A stretch of 51,213 nucleotides of DNA from an uncultured bacterium (lineage in GTDB: Bacteria > CSSED10-310 > CAZUFC01). The DNA lies in the NCBI GenBank assembly GCA_964619725.1, contig CAZUFC010000058.1, forward strand, positions 1 to 51,213, given 5' to 3'. Below are positions 9,501 through 18,499 of this stretch, piece by piece. The notes beneath the pieces are model-generated. The model did not search any database, had not been told where the DNA came from, and worked only from the letters and a program-made list of their open reading frames with translations. The translations under genes and the position numbers were made by a program. The first letter of the stretch is position 1. Each line of letters opens with the position of its first letter.

Positions 9501-10915
9501 AAACTTTGAGCTTCTTCGGGTCCGACGTCAATGTAACCGGTCGTAAGTTTGAATGGATCGCCGAACTCAGGGGCGTAATTCTCGTTAGTGTTGAGATAAA
9601 CGTAAATATTACCGGGATCAGTGTAATCTCTAAATGGAGCGACAATATCTTTTTTGCCGTCGTTGTTCCAATCAACTACGTCCGGCGAATGATAATCATC
9701 GAAACCTACCGCTTTTCCGGTAGTCGTCGTCAATGCCAGGCGACTCGTGAATTCGGGGGCCGCATTCGTTCCTGAATTAAAAAACAGGTAACTGCGCTTA
9801 TAGAAATCATGACCCGTCAAAAAAAGGTCCTTGCGACCGTCTTCATCCCAGTCGATCGTTCTTATCGCCATTTCAGCGCTTACAAGGCTGTGCGGTCCGT
9901 TGCCGGGGATAAAAACGGCTTCCTCATAAATCCGATTCGAGTTATCGCCCTTGTTGGGGTAATACGCGGGATAACGTCCATCCAGACACGCTACGAAGTC
10001 AACGGCGCCGTCGCCGTTCATGTCCCCGAACGACCAGCCGTATTCAACGACGACGGCTTTTGAATCGGGTCCGTACAGTAATGTTTCAGTGTCGAATTGA
10101 GGATCAGAATCAGTCCCTTCGTTGATGTACAAATAAGTCCGGGGGCGCCAGGTTCCATAACAAAGAAGGTCCTTCTTGCCGTCGCCGTTCCAGTCGGTTA
10201 CCCAGGGTCGAGCATGACTATCCGTATCAATCACATTGTAACCCACCTGCAAATATGTGCCGCCGTCCAGTTGCGGCGAGCTGTTTGTTCCTTCGTTGAG
10301 AAATATCCTGACCCTGCCGTCATGACCAGCGACTACAAGATCGTCTTTGCCGTCGTTGTTCCAGTCGACGGGGAACGGAGCAGCATCAGAACCCACATCC
10401 AATGTCGAATAACCCGCATTGATCAGAACGCTTGAATTGAACGTAGGGACGCTGTCGCTTCCCGTGTTCTGAAAGAACTGCACCTGTCCCTGGTTATCGC
10501 CCACCAGAAGATCGCGTTTCCCGTCCGCATCCCAGTCATAGTGAAACGGTGATGCGTCGTTGCCTACGTCCAGGTCGGAGTAACCAACCTGTACCCAGGT
10601 TCCGTCCTGCAAAGAAGGATTCGTCGGCGTACCGTCATTCATGCTCAGCTTCACTCGTCCGTCCCAGAAACCGTTAAGCAAGTCTTTCCTGCCGTCGCTA
10701 TTCCAGTCCGTTATATGCATGCTCCTGTTCGAAGTCGAATCGATACGGTGAATGTCGCGGGTTAGATTCCCCTCATCCGTCAATACCGGCGGACCAGCGC
10801 TCTTCATTCCCGGCTTTCCTCCAGCTTTGCTTTTTCCAACATCTTCACCATTGCATATCCATGCCGGAAAAATCATTGCCGTAACGATCATCAGGAATAT
10901 TGCTATCCTTTTCAT
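6560..10915 (-). CDS. N-terminal part of giant secreted FG-GAP/VCBS-repeat (Ca-binding beta-propeller) protein with FN3 domains
   Basis: Signal peptide MKRIAIFLMIVTAMIFPAWICNG with AAGGGAGG RBS. Twenty D-[W/M/Y]-x-x-[D/N]-G-x-x-D motifs. Two FN3-like segments (LTWDNP.D.DF.GV.IVR...YYYRAF). The frame shifts in the second FN3. Confidence 0.9.
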   Translation of the reverse strand: MKRIAIFLMIVTAMIFPAWICNGEDVGKSKAGGKPGMKSAGPPVLTDEGNLTRDIHRIDSTSNRSMHITDWNSDGRKDLLNGFWDGRVKLSMNDGTPTNPSLQDGTWVQVGYSDLDVGNDASPFHYDWDADGKRDLLVGDNQGQVQFFQNTGSDSVPTFNSSVLINAGYSTLDVGSDAAPFPVDWNNDGKDDLVVAGHDGRVRIFLNEGTNSSPQLDGGTYLQVGYNVIDTDSHARPWVTDWNGDGKKDLLCYGTWRPRTYLYINEGTDSDPQFDTETLLYGPDSKAVVVEYGWSFGDMNGDGAVDFVACLDGRYPAYYPNKGDNSNRIYEEAVFIPGNGPHSLVSAEMAIRTIDWDEDGRKDLFLTGHDFYKRSYLFFNSGTNAAPEFTSRLALTTTTGKAVGFDDYHSPDVVDWNNDGKKDIVAPFRDYTDPGNIYVYLNTNENYAPEFGDPFKLTTGYIDVGPEEAQSLTVADWDSDGKKDLVISSGVSFNGVHGYGDYQYVFLNRGSDAVPYFTTGTVLKYHESGYVYPIRGLWENNIQVWDYEEDGDPDILMCTRENNDYLMKYTNNGSPGSPYLVKSGFLEAAYGYVQENHTPFIEIVDWDEDGKKDILLGTYNVVSWYSNSQSAMTSPGEVQYFTVAGSSDYTVSLTWDNPTDNDFAGVIIVRSHSTIDWRPSDRQHYHVTPGVEVAPGVEVVYKGAADHSTNPWTDAGLTPGSHYYYRAFAYDAVLPSWSVNGVEVDTMTSGDTPTPGPSPTFTPTSIPTYPSPGPPEFEERALIKREAHWVCDNCYEVYGFAVDWDNDGKQDLLTGDNQGMVRISMNVGTVVQPSLADSTQVSVGYNPIDVGYDAHPIYFDWNADGRRDLLVGEGAGRIYYYENQGSDSSPDFAPGTFLNSNYSTLDIGSAAKPFAVDWNNDGKDDLVCGEHGGKVKLFINNGTNGNPQLDAGSWIQVGYSDIDVGYRAKPWVRDWNGDGKKDLIVSSQSPDRLSVFYNDGTDADPSFSSETVLYGEASMIKLTNNVFSLADMNGDGIFDLVQTGDRCAASYFPNIGSESAPEFEYCHYIPGTEPTSFCCGQKAVTVVDWDENGVQDLLLRADWQAANYVVYNTGTNESPTLTKHRMLTTYTGVRVGVFGDRYASDYAVPEVLDWNNDGKKDLLVPRDDYYSQGDIYLYLNTAENYDPVFAEPVKLTSGGYNDLGPEGVQNLETVDWNDDGKKDLLVASNVGFGNGDYLYLYLNEGTDDNPQFSSGSVVKYWDNGYQTPIGGSWSFHSRIWDYEEDGDLDLLVNTDNYYDRLHSFINQGVPGAPSLYDDGFLQAGYGYLETDYNMCSNVTDWNADGKKDIVAGGYRGIYYFLNTQSDITAPHEVTGFQAVSSTADSISMTWTNPGDIDFDGVLIVRSESPIVWEPTYRQHYHVNPGTEVAEGVEIVYMDVRTTRRRPGPIPA

Positions 10916-11279
10916 GAACCTCCCTTTTTAAATTATTAATGAGCGACAATACCGCCATCCCGCCGCAATATTTGCCGCCGGGGCGATCCCTGCCTTCTCT
11001 CAAATGTTGACGATTTAAAATATATGTTAACGAAAATATCGATCCTTGACCTCATTGATGGTAGTGATCCCTCACTCCTTTACCCCCTAACTGAAAAATC
11101 GGGAAAAGTCAAAAATCCGTTCTCCTCTTGCGATCAATTCATCTCACCTGTAGCGATTTAATCTCCGCCTGTCCGTCACATCGTTAAAATTCGAGATGCC
11201 GAACCGGCGACGGTTAAGTCGTTATTCCACCCTTCTCATCCCGTAAACTTCGGCCAATATCCTGCATGAAAAAATTGCA

Positions 11280-11933
11280 TCAGGCGTTCTTTTCAGCAAC
11301 ACCCAACTCCTTACCCAGCGATTGGATGATGACATCAGTGCTTTTCTCTATCAACTGTTTTCGTTCTTCAACTGAAACCGTATCGGTTTTCAGAGCGGCT
11401 TCATTGAATAATTTATGATGAGAATTCAGCAGAAAGGAAAATACGTTTTTCCCGTCGGAACTCATCAGAAAACAATTAATACCGCCGATCGCTTCTCCTC
11501 CCGCCTTGCGAGGCGTCAGGAGAAATTCGGATAACAAGGCATAGTCGGTTTTGATTTCCGAACTTTTCAGATGATCGGCGAATATTTTCATACTTTCTTG
11601 AAAAACGGACCACTGCGTGATGTCAACCTTTTTAGAGATGCTTAATTCGTGATCGGATATTTGCACCCTGGCGAGCTTGTTCTTTTCAAAAAAATCAGCG
11701 ATTTTTTCCCCGGAATTTCTCTCATACAAGGTCAGTCCATGACTTCTTACAATGGTCGGAAAAACAGTGATGGACATGTCCCCGATTTTTTTCCTGAATG
11801 TCCGGTCGACGTCGTTTTCAACTTCCGGCCGGTAGACAGTCGATTCTTTCGCAGGTACGGAATCCGAGGTATGAAACGAGCCGGCAACAGCGGCTATTAT
11901 AAAAATTAAAATTAAAGGAAACAATTTCAACAT
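11280..11933 (-). CDS. Hypothetical exported protein
   Basis: 217-aa ORF with GGAGG RBS and N-terminal hydrophobic signal peptide; no family recognised. Confidence 0.75.
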   Translation of the reverse strand: MLKLFPLILIFIIAAVAGSFHTSDSVPAKESTVYRPEVENDVDRTFRKKIGDMSITVFPTIVRSHGLTLYERNSGEKIADFFEKNKLARVQISDHELSISKKVDITQWSVFQESMKIFADHLKSSEIKTDYALLSEFLLTPRKAGGEAIGGINCFLMSSDGKNVFSFLLNSHHKLFNEAALKTDTVSVEERKQLIEKSTDVIIQSLGKELGVAEKNA

Positions 11934-12152
11934 TTCTTCCTCCGAATAATTTTTTCCGGTGATCTAATATCAACTTCGTCAGCGAAAAAGTCCCTTTAAA
12001 AAAGAACCCCTTTTTCACCGGAATGTCATCCGTAACGCATTGTATCGATTTTCGGGATATTTTCAATCGTAAATCGGACCGGTCACGAGAGTTTTATCGT
12101 AATCGCTGAGTAAAAGTCAGCCGGCAACGCCTTATGCAGATATAGTTCCTGG

Positions 12153-14846
12153 TCAGTTTTTAAGGAGCTCTCGCAGGACGGTTTGCAGAATTCCGCCGTT
12201 TTTATAATATTTTATTTCAACGGGCGAATCGAGTCTCAACAAAGCTTGAAAACAAATTTCCCGGGCGGCTTTTTCATCTGAAAGGACCCGGATTCTGACG
12301 TTCTTGTTAGGAGTGAGTTTCTCTTCTTCGATGCCGTCGATAAAAATTATTTCTTTTCCCGTGAGTTCCAGGTCTTGCCATGAATTTCCATCTGCGAACT
12401 GAATGGGAAGGACGCCCATCCCGATCAAATTGCTTCGGTGAATACGTTCGAAACTCTCCGCAATGACGGCCTTAACGCCGAGCAACGCCGTCCCTTTTGC
12501 CGCCCAGTCCCGGCTGGAACCCGAACCGTATTCCTTTCCCGCCGCTATGACCAGGGGAATATTCTCCTTTTTATATTTTTCAGCGATGTCGTAGATATAC
12601 CCCATTTCTCCGCTGGGGAAATGAATGGAATAACCTCCCGTTTTATCCGGCGTAATTAAGTTTTTTATCCTGATGTTTCCGAATGTTCCCCTCATCATGA
12701 CTTCATGATTGCCTCGCCGGGAACCGAAGGAGTTGAAATTTTCGGGTCGAACGCCTTTGGAGATGAGATATCGTCCTGCAGGAGAATCTTCGGGAATGGC
12801 GCCGGCCGGTGAAATATGATCCGTTGTGATTGAATCGCCGAACAGCGCGAGGATTCTCGCCCCTTGAATTTTCGGCAAATCCGGCTTAGCCGGGGAGAAT
12901 TCCTTGAAAAAAGGCGGTTCCTTGATGTAGGTCGAATCATCCTGCCAGTCATACACGTCTGAATCCGCACCCTTAATTTCATTCCAGGTCGCATTCCCCT
13001 CAAAAACATCGGCATACTGAACTTTGAACAATTCCGGTTTAAGATGCTTCTTCATATACCTCAGAATTTCCTCCCGGTCAGGCTTGATATCCTCATAATA
13101 GACTAAATTCCCGTCCGGGTCTCTGCCCAGCGGCTCTGAATAAAGATCGAAATCCATACTTCCTGCAAGTGCATAAGCCACAACCAGTATGGGAGAAGCC
13201 AGGTAGGATGCCGCAGTCATAGGATTGATCCGGCCTTCAAAATTCCTGTTTCCGCTCAATACAGAAGCGGCGATAATATTTCCCTCTGTTATGGCCTGCG
13301 TTATTTCTTCGTCCAGAGGACCGCTGTTTCCGATGCATGTGGTGCAACCGTACCCCACCAGGTGGAAATTCAGTTTTTCCAGGTAATCCATTAATCCTGA
13401 AGACCGAAGATATTCGGCGACCACCTTTGAACCCGGAGCCAGACTCGTTTTCACATACGGCTTAACCCTCAATCCTCTCTCCACGGCATTTTTCGCCAGT
13501 ATCCCCGCTCCCATCATTACATAGGGATTGCTCGTATTCGTGCAACTCGTGATAGCCGCTATCGCCAGACTTCCGTCGCTTATTTCGTAAACTTGGCCTC
13601 CTTTCTCAAACTCTGCCCTGGTTTTTTTGCTCTTTCCGAATTTCTCTCTTAAAGTAACGGAAAAATGTTTCTTGAAGTTTGTAAGGGGTATTTTGTCCTG
13701 AGGCCGCGAAGGTCCCGCCAGCACAGGTTCGACATCACCCATATCCAGACTCAGTTTCTCCGTATAATCGGGAATTAGCGCCTTTGCATCGTAAAACAGC
13801 CCCTGTTTCCGGCAATATTTTTCGACAAGTTCTACATGTTTTTTATCCCTGCCGGTGTCCAGAAGGTATTGCAAGGTCTTTTCATCAACCGGAAAGAAAC
13901 CCATCGTTGCTCCATATTCCGGCGACATGTTCGCAATCGTGGCTCTGTCAGGCAGACTAAGATTCTTTAATCCAGACCCGAAAAATTCAACGAATTTACC
14001 CACGACTCCTTTTTTCCTCAATATTTCGGTAACGGTCAAAACAAGATCGGCAGCGTTGGAATCGCCCTTCAATGCTCCCGTCAGCTCAAAACCTACCACG
14101 TCAGGAGCAACCATGTAATAAGGCTGTCCAAGCATAACCGCTTCCGCCTCTATGCCGCCTACGCCCCAACCCAGTATCCCCAGTCCGTTGATCATCGTCG
14201 TATGACTGTCCGTTCCGACCAGCGTATCCGGAAAAACGATTCTCTTATCATCCTGCTCTTGAATCTGGACGACTCGCGCCAGATACTCAAGATTGACCTG
14301 GTGCACTATACCCGTCGCAGGCGGAACAACCCGGAAATTATGGAAAGCCTTCTGCCCCCAATGCAAGAAGGCATATCGCTCATAGTTCCGCGAAAATTCT
14401 TTTTCTGAGTTTATCTCCAGAGCCCTCGCACTTCCGTAACAATCAACCTGTATAGAATGATCGATTACCAGGTCCGCCGGTATAGTCGGATTGATCTTTT
14501 CCGGCTCACCGCCCAGGCGTTGCGCGGCAGATCGCATCGCCGCCAGGTCCGCTATCGACGGCACGCCCGTAAAATCCTGCAACAGAACGCGGGCCGGCAT
14601 GAAGGCCGTTTCCCCTCGCTTTTCCTCCACAGCCCGCCATTCAATCAGATTCCGCACCATTTCTGACGTAATAAGCTCCTCATCCCAATTCCGGAATGCA
14701 GATTCTATCATTATTCGAATCGAATAGGGCAACCCGGACAGGACACGCCCCCACAACTTCTCAAGCTTCCGCAGACTGTAGAAAGATAACTCCCCCATAA
14801 CTGAGGTTAATTTACTTCTGATCCTGAATTTATCTTCTGCTTTCAT
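12153..14846 (-). CDS. acnA: Aconitate hydratase A
   Basis: QDFTGVP, DLVIDHS, GIVHQVNLE, GTDSHT, ITSCTNTS, GCTTCIGNSG (Fe-S ligands), ITTDHISPAG, YGSGSSRDWAAKG; 897 aa. Confidence 0.98.
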   Translation of the reverse strand: MKAEDKFRIRSKLTSVMGELSFYSLRKLEKLWGRVLSGLPYSIRIMIESAFRNWDEELITSEMVRNLIEWRAVEEKRGETAFMPARVLLQDFTGVPSIADLAAMRSAAQRLGGEPEKINPTIPADLVIDHSIQVDCYGSARALEINSEKEFSRNYERYAFLHWGQKAFHNFRVVPPATGIVHQVNLEYLARVVQIQEQDDKRIVFPDTLVGTDSHTTMINGLGILGWGVGGIEAEAVMLGQPYYMVAPDVVGFELTGALKGDSNAADLVLTVTEILRKKGVVGKFVEFFGSGLKNLSLPDRATIANMSPEYGATMGFFPVDEKTLQYLLDTGRDKKHVELVEKYCRKQGLFYDAKALIPDYTEKLSLDMGDVEPVLAGPSRPQDKIPLTNFKKHFSVTLREKFGKSKKTRAEFEKGGQVYEISDGSLAIAAITSCTNTSNPYVMMGAGILAKNAVERGLRVKPYVKTSLAPGSKVVAEYLRSSGLMDYLEKLNFHLVGYGCTTCIGNSGPLDEEITQAITEGNIIAASVLSGNRNFEGRINPMTAASYLASPILVVAYALAGSMDFDLYSEPLGRDPDGNLVYYEDIKPDREEILRYMKKHLKPELFKVQYADVFEGNATWNEIKGADSDVYDWQDDSTYIKEPPFFKEFSPAKPDLPKIQGARILALFGDSITTDHISPAGAIPEDSPAGRYLISKGVRPENFNSFGSRRGNHEVMMRGTFGNIRIKNLITPDKTGGYSIHFPSGEMGYIYDIAEKYKKENIPLVIAAGKEYGSGSSRDWAAKGTALLGVKAVIAESFERIHRSNLIGMGVLPIQFADGNSWQDLELTGKEIIFIDGIEEEKLTPNKNVRIRVLSDEKAAREICFQALLRLDSPVEIKYYKNGGILQTVLRELLKN

Positions 14847-15147
14847 TTTGCGCCCCCATAAAAATCGTGGCTTACGGTTTATCGTCGTAAAATAATAGCG
14901 TACAATAAATTGAACTTAAAATCCAGCCGGCCGGAGCGCTCTTTCTTTTCCCGGCACTGATCAAAAAAGAATACGATTTTTACGATTTATTTCTTCTCTT
15001 ATCCTTGATAATCAACGTTATCCGTGGATGCGGACTCTTTGTTTCTCTCTCCAGAATTCCGGGCATTATGGTCACCGCCCTTTTCTTTAATATTTGATCC
15101 TTTGATTCAAATAAGCGACAATATCCGGCGACTGAGGGGATCGGCTC

Positions 15148-16278
15148 ATGAAATTGCTGAATTTAATTTTGTTCGTATCTGTCGTTTCTGCGGTTTATTT
15201 TTTGATGCACTTTTTTCTTTTCAAAAGAATTTCCGCAGGTCTGCAACTCTCCAGGCACCCACGCCTTATCATGCTCATCGCCTTTATAATACTCGGATCG
15301 CTTTTTATCCTGTCCAAACTGATTTTCTTTGTGGGAGATCAACCCCTGTTGACATACGCGGCCGGCATATGGCTGGGCCTGGTCGCCTGCGGCGTATTCT
15401 TTTTCTTCTTTGAAACTATCCTGTCCCTGTCCTTTCCCTTTTACAGGAAATCATTCGTCATGGGAACTGTTCTTGTAGTCTTCGCCTGCGGCGCCATAGC
15501 CATGATCAACGGGACACACAAGCCGGTCATACGGCAATATTCGATTCCCTTGAGGAATCTGCCGGCCCATTTATCGGGTCTCAGCATCGTCCAATTATCA
15601 GACCTTCACCTGGGAGACATCAAAAGGCTTGAATGGTTCAAGGATGTCGTCGCCAGGACGAACAGCCTGCATCCCGATATAGTCGTCCTGACAGGCGACC
15701 TCATTGAATTCGACGGTTACAGTCTTCGAGGATATGATGAAGCCTTCCGCAACATAGAATCGAAATACGGCGTTTATGCAATTTCAGGCAATCATGAATT
15801 TTATACGGGGATTAATAACTTCTTGAGTTTTATGAAAAAAACCGGCATCCGCGTTCTGAAGAATGAATCGGTCCTTATTGCGGACGCCGTTCAACTGATA
15901 GGCATAGATGATCCCGAAGGCAAAAGATTTGAAGGAATAGGGCCTGATCTGGAGGCTGCGATGAAAAACGTTATGCCCTCAAAACCGAGAATTTTGCTCT
16001 CGCACAGGCCGGAATTATTCAAAGAAGCGCGCAAAAGAGGCATCGATCTTCAAATTTCGGGTCATACGCACGCTGGTCAGATACCGCCGATGGACCTTAT
16101 CGTCAACCTTTATTTCAAGCATCCTTACGGCCTTTATGAGGAAGACGGCACCTACATATACACTTCATGCGGCACAGGAGTGTGGGGAACGCCCATGAGA
16201 CTTTTATTTCCCTCGGAAATCGTTAAACTCATCCTGGTATCCGACTCGCATGAGGAACATAATCAGGAAGGAAACTAA
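15148..16278 (+). CDS. Membrane-anchored metallophosphoesterase (YkuE/YaeI-like)
   Basis: About 4 N-terminal TM helices, then calcineurin-like motifs DLH, GD, GNHE, LSH, SGHTH.GQ. Confidence 0.93.
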   Translation: MKLLNLILFVSVVSAVYFLMHFFLFKRISAGLQLSRHPRLIMLIAFIILGSLFILSKLIFFVGDQPLLTYAAGIWLGLVACGVFFFFFETILSLSFPFYRKSFVMGTVLVVFACGAIAMINGTHKPVIRQYSIPLRNLPAHLSGLSIVQLSDLHLGDIKRLEWFKDVVARTNSLHPDIVVLTGDLIEFDGYSLRGYDEAFRNIESKYGVYAISGNHEFYTGINNFLSFMKKTGIRVLKNESVLIADAVQLIGIDDPEGKRFEGIGPDLEAAMKNVMPSKPRILLSHRPELFKEARKRGIDLQISGHTHAGQIPPMDLIVNLYFKHPYGLYEEDGTYIYTSCGTGVWGTPMRLLFPSEIVKLILVSDSHEEHNQEGN

Positions 16279-16301
16279 ACACATAACAGGCCAGGAATCA
16301 T

Positions 16302-16330
16302 TTGACAAAACAATGGAAGAATGCTATTTC
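16302..16330 (+). promoter_or_regulatory. Candidate sigma70 promoter of the tol-pal operon
   Basis: TTGACA (16302-16307), 17-nt spacer, TG-n-TATTTC (16325-16330). It overlaps the ORF-track ATG at 16321, which favours a start at 16366. Confidence 0.5.
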
Positions 16331-16365
16331 CACTTGACAGTGCTTTCGTGCGGGGAAGGTTTTCA

Positions 16366-17094
16366 ATGATTACAAATTTTTTAGCAGCAAGTGAAGTAAA
16401 TTTAGGAAGCGAATTGGGATCAGGCGTTATTGATTTAATTGCCCAGTCAGGTCCAATAGCGCAGGGCGTATTGCTCACCCTGCTGTTTTTCTCTCTGATC
16501 TCCTGGGGAATTATGCTGGATAAGATATGGATGTTCCGTCAAATCAACAAAAGGACGCGTAAGTTCGCCCGTATCTTCCAAACCAAGGAATCGCTGGAAC
16601 AGATTTTCTTTCTGGCCGTAAAAATGAAACCATCGCCGCTCAACAATATATTTCAAGGCGGTTACAAGGAATACAAGCGGATTAAAGGCGCCGACAAAAA
16701 TACGGAACCCTTCTCCGATGCCGAAAACCTCTCTCATGACGAAAACCTTAAACCGAAACTGGTCAGCGAATTATCCGGCCTGGTCACCGACGAAGTTTTG
16801 AAGCTCGAAAAAAGACTGGTTTTTCTTGCTACTACAGCTTCCGCCACACCCTTTATCGGACTTTTCGGAACAGTTTGGGGAATAATGAACGCATTCCGCG
16901 GGATAGGCTCCTACGGCTCGGCCAGCATAACCGCCGTCGCTCCGGGAATCGCGGAAGCGCTCATAACGACTGCAGCCGGTCTTGCAGCCGCCATACCCGC
17001 TGTAATCGGCTATAATTACATCAACAACAAAATAAAAAATTTCACCGTTCAAATGGAAAGATTCGCCGAAGAATTTATCGGTTACGTAACCTGA
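16366..17094 (+). CDS. tolQ: TolQ (MotA/TolQ/ExbB family)
   Basis: LATTASATPFIGLFGTVWGIMNAF and VAPGIAEALITTAAGL.AAIPAVIGYN. Start chosen at ATG 16366 after GGGGAAGG (ORF track gives 16321). Confidence 0.95.
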   Translation: MITNFLAASEVNLGSELGSGVIDLIAQSGPIAQGVLLTLLFFSLISWGIMLDKIWMFRQINKRTRKFARIFQTKESLEQIFFLAVKMKPSPLNNIFQGGYKEYKRIKGADKNTEPFSDAENLSHDENLKPKLVSELSGLVTDEVLKLEKRLVFLATTASATPFIGLFGTVWGIMNAFRGIGSYGSASITAVAPGIAEALITTAAGLAAAIPAVIGYNYINNKIKNFTVQMERFAEEFIGYVT

Positions 17095-17114
17095 AACGTT
17101 TTTCATCGATCATT

Positions 17115-17561
17115 ATGAAAGAAGGAAACCAGATAAACAATTATTTAAACAACGGCGACAAGGTTAAAGCCAAAAGCGCCCTGTCCGACATCAACGTTAC
17201 ACCGCTGGTTGACGTAATGCTTGTTCTGCTGATTATTTTTATGGTTACTGCGCCGATGATGCAACAGGGAATAGAGGTTAATTTGCCGAAAGCATCCAAA
17301 AGACCCATGCAGGATTCCAATGAAGAGCAATTTATTCTCTCGGTAACCAGAGAAAATGAGGTTTTTTTGAATGAAAGCAAGATTCCGCTTGAGCATCTCC
17401 GGCTGAAACTTTCGCAGTTGAACGCATCTAAGGTTATTGAAGCTCTGTTTTTAAAAGCCGACAGTGAAGTGTCCTACGGATTCGTCATTAAAGTTATGGA
17501 CGCGGTCAAAAATGCCGGCATCGAAACTCTGGGCATGGTTACGGAACCTATAGAGAACTGA
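17115..17561 (+). CDS. tolR: TolR (ExbD/TolR family)
   Basis: INVTPLVDVMLVLLIIFMVTAP, LKAD..V.YG.V..VMD; follows tolQ. Confidence 0.95.
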   Translation: MKEGNQINNYLNNGDKVKAKSALSDINVTPLVDVMLVLLIIFMVTAPMMQQGIEVNLPKASKRPMQDSNEEQFILSVTRENEVFLNESKIPLEHLRLKLSQLNASKVIEALFLKADSEVSYGFVIKVMDAVKNAGIETLGMVTEPIEN

Positions 17562-17611
17562 TCTTTTTAATAAGGAGGGAGACATCTGAGGAAAGGATGC
17601 ATTAAATCGTA

Positions 17612-18499
17612 ATGAAGAATTCAGCATTCCGCATAATGTCGTCGTCATGGAGCGACGTGACGTGGGTTTCGATGATAGTGTTTTCTTTGATCATTCACGC
17701 CGGCATGATCTGTCTGGTCGCTTCGGCTACGGAAAAAAGCCCCGGGAAAGGACATAAAAGCGATGCCGTGTACCACGTCAATCTCGTCGACCTTCCCTCT
17801 TTCCCAGGAAAAGGCGGCAGAAGCGGCGGCAGCGATAAAGACGGAAAAGACTCATCAGCTTCGCGTCTACCGCCCAAACCGGAACCACCTCCTAAAAAAG
17901 AGTCTCCTGAAACGGCCGGTGAAGCCGCTCCGGCTGAAGCGCCGGAAGAAAAGGAACCAGTGAAGGCTGAATCGAAAAAATTGACCCTACCCTCTAAAAA
18001 TGCCGGTAAAGAAAAGAAAAAACCGGTCCGAAAAAACCTCGGCAGCTCATCTGTTGCACCGAATGTCGAAAAAGGAGAGGAATATTCGTCGACTCACGTC
18101 GGCCAATGGACTTTTAACGATTTCGTAGTAAGAAAAGGCGGAAGCGGAAGCGGCGGAGGAGGCGGTTTTTCCTCTTCCGCCTCTATCAATCTTGACGCGG
18201 ACGAATTCGCATTTCTTTACTATTTAAAGATCATTAAGGACAAAATCAGCAGGAACTGGAATCCGTCGTTGGGCGTCTTGCCGGCGGGCACGTCACTCAA
18301 TACGACGATCTATTTTCTGCTTTCCAAAAACGGCCAAGCATCAGATGTTGCAGTAGAAGAAAGTTCAGGTAATATATTAATGGACAAGTCATGTTTGAGA
18401 GCTGTGATGATGGCTTCTCCTTTTCCGCCTCTGCCTTATGAGTATGGAGGCGACAGCCTGGGAGTTCATTTTGGATTTGAATTTACGCCGGAGTATTAG
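17612..18499 (+). CDS. tolA: TolA / TonB-family energy transducer
   Basis: TM helix with S-x3-H motif (SLIIH), Pro/Lys/Glu-rich linker, C-terminal TonB_2 domain (KISRNW.P, ESSGN..MD...RAV..ASPFPPLP); between tolR and tolB. Confidence 0.88.
   Translation: MKNSAFRIMSSSWSDVTWVSMIVFSLIIHAGMICLVASATEKSPGKGHKSDAVYHVNLVDLPSFPGKGGRSGGSDKDGKDSSASRLPPKPEPPPKKESPETAGEAAPAEAPEEKEPVKAESKKLTLPSKNAGKEKKKPVRKNLGSSSVAPNVEKGEEYSSTHVGQWTFNDFVVRKGGSGSGGGGGFSSSASINLDADEFAFLYYLKIIKDKISRNWNPSLGVLPAGTSLNTTIYFLLSKNGQASDVAVEESSGNILMDKSCLRAVMMASPFPPLPYEYGGDSLGVHFGFEFTPEY

Noticed and set aside
6480..10760. Duplicated halves as DGR template/variable repeats
   Set aside because: The copies are ~2 kb long, in-frame and diverged at all base types, consistent with an old intragenic duplication.
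10916..11279. Riboswitch (e.g. c-di-GMP) upstream of the surface-protein gene; weak TCTC..CTGT repeats at ~11120-11175
   Set aside because: No recognisable consensus aptamer by eye and the repeats are too degenerate; an Rfam scan would be needed.
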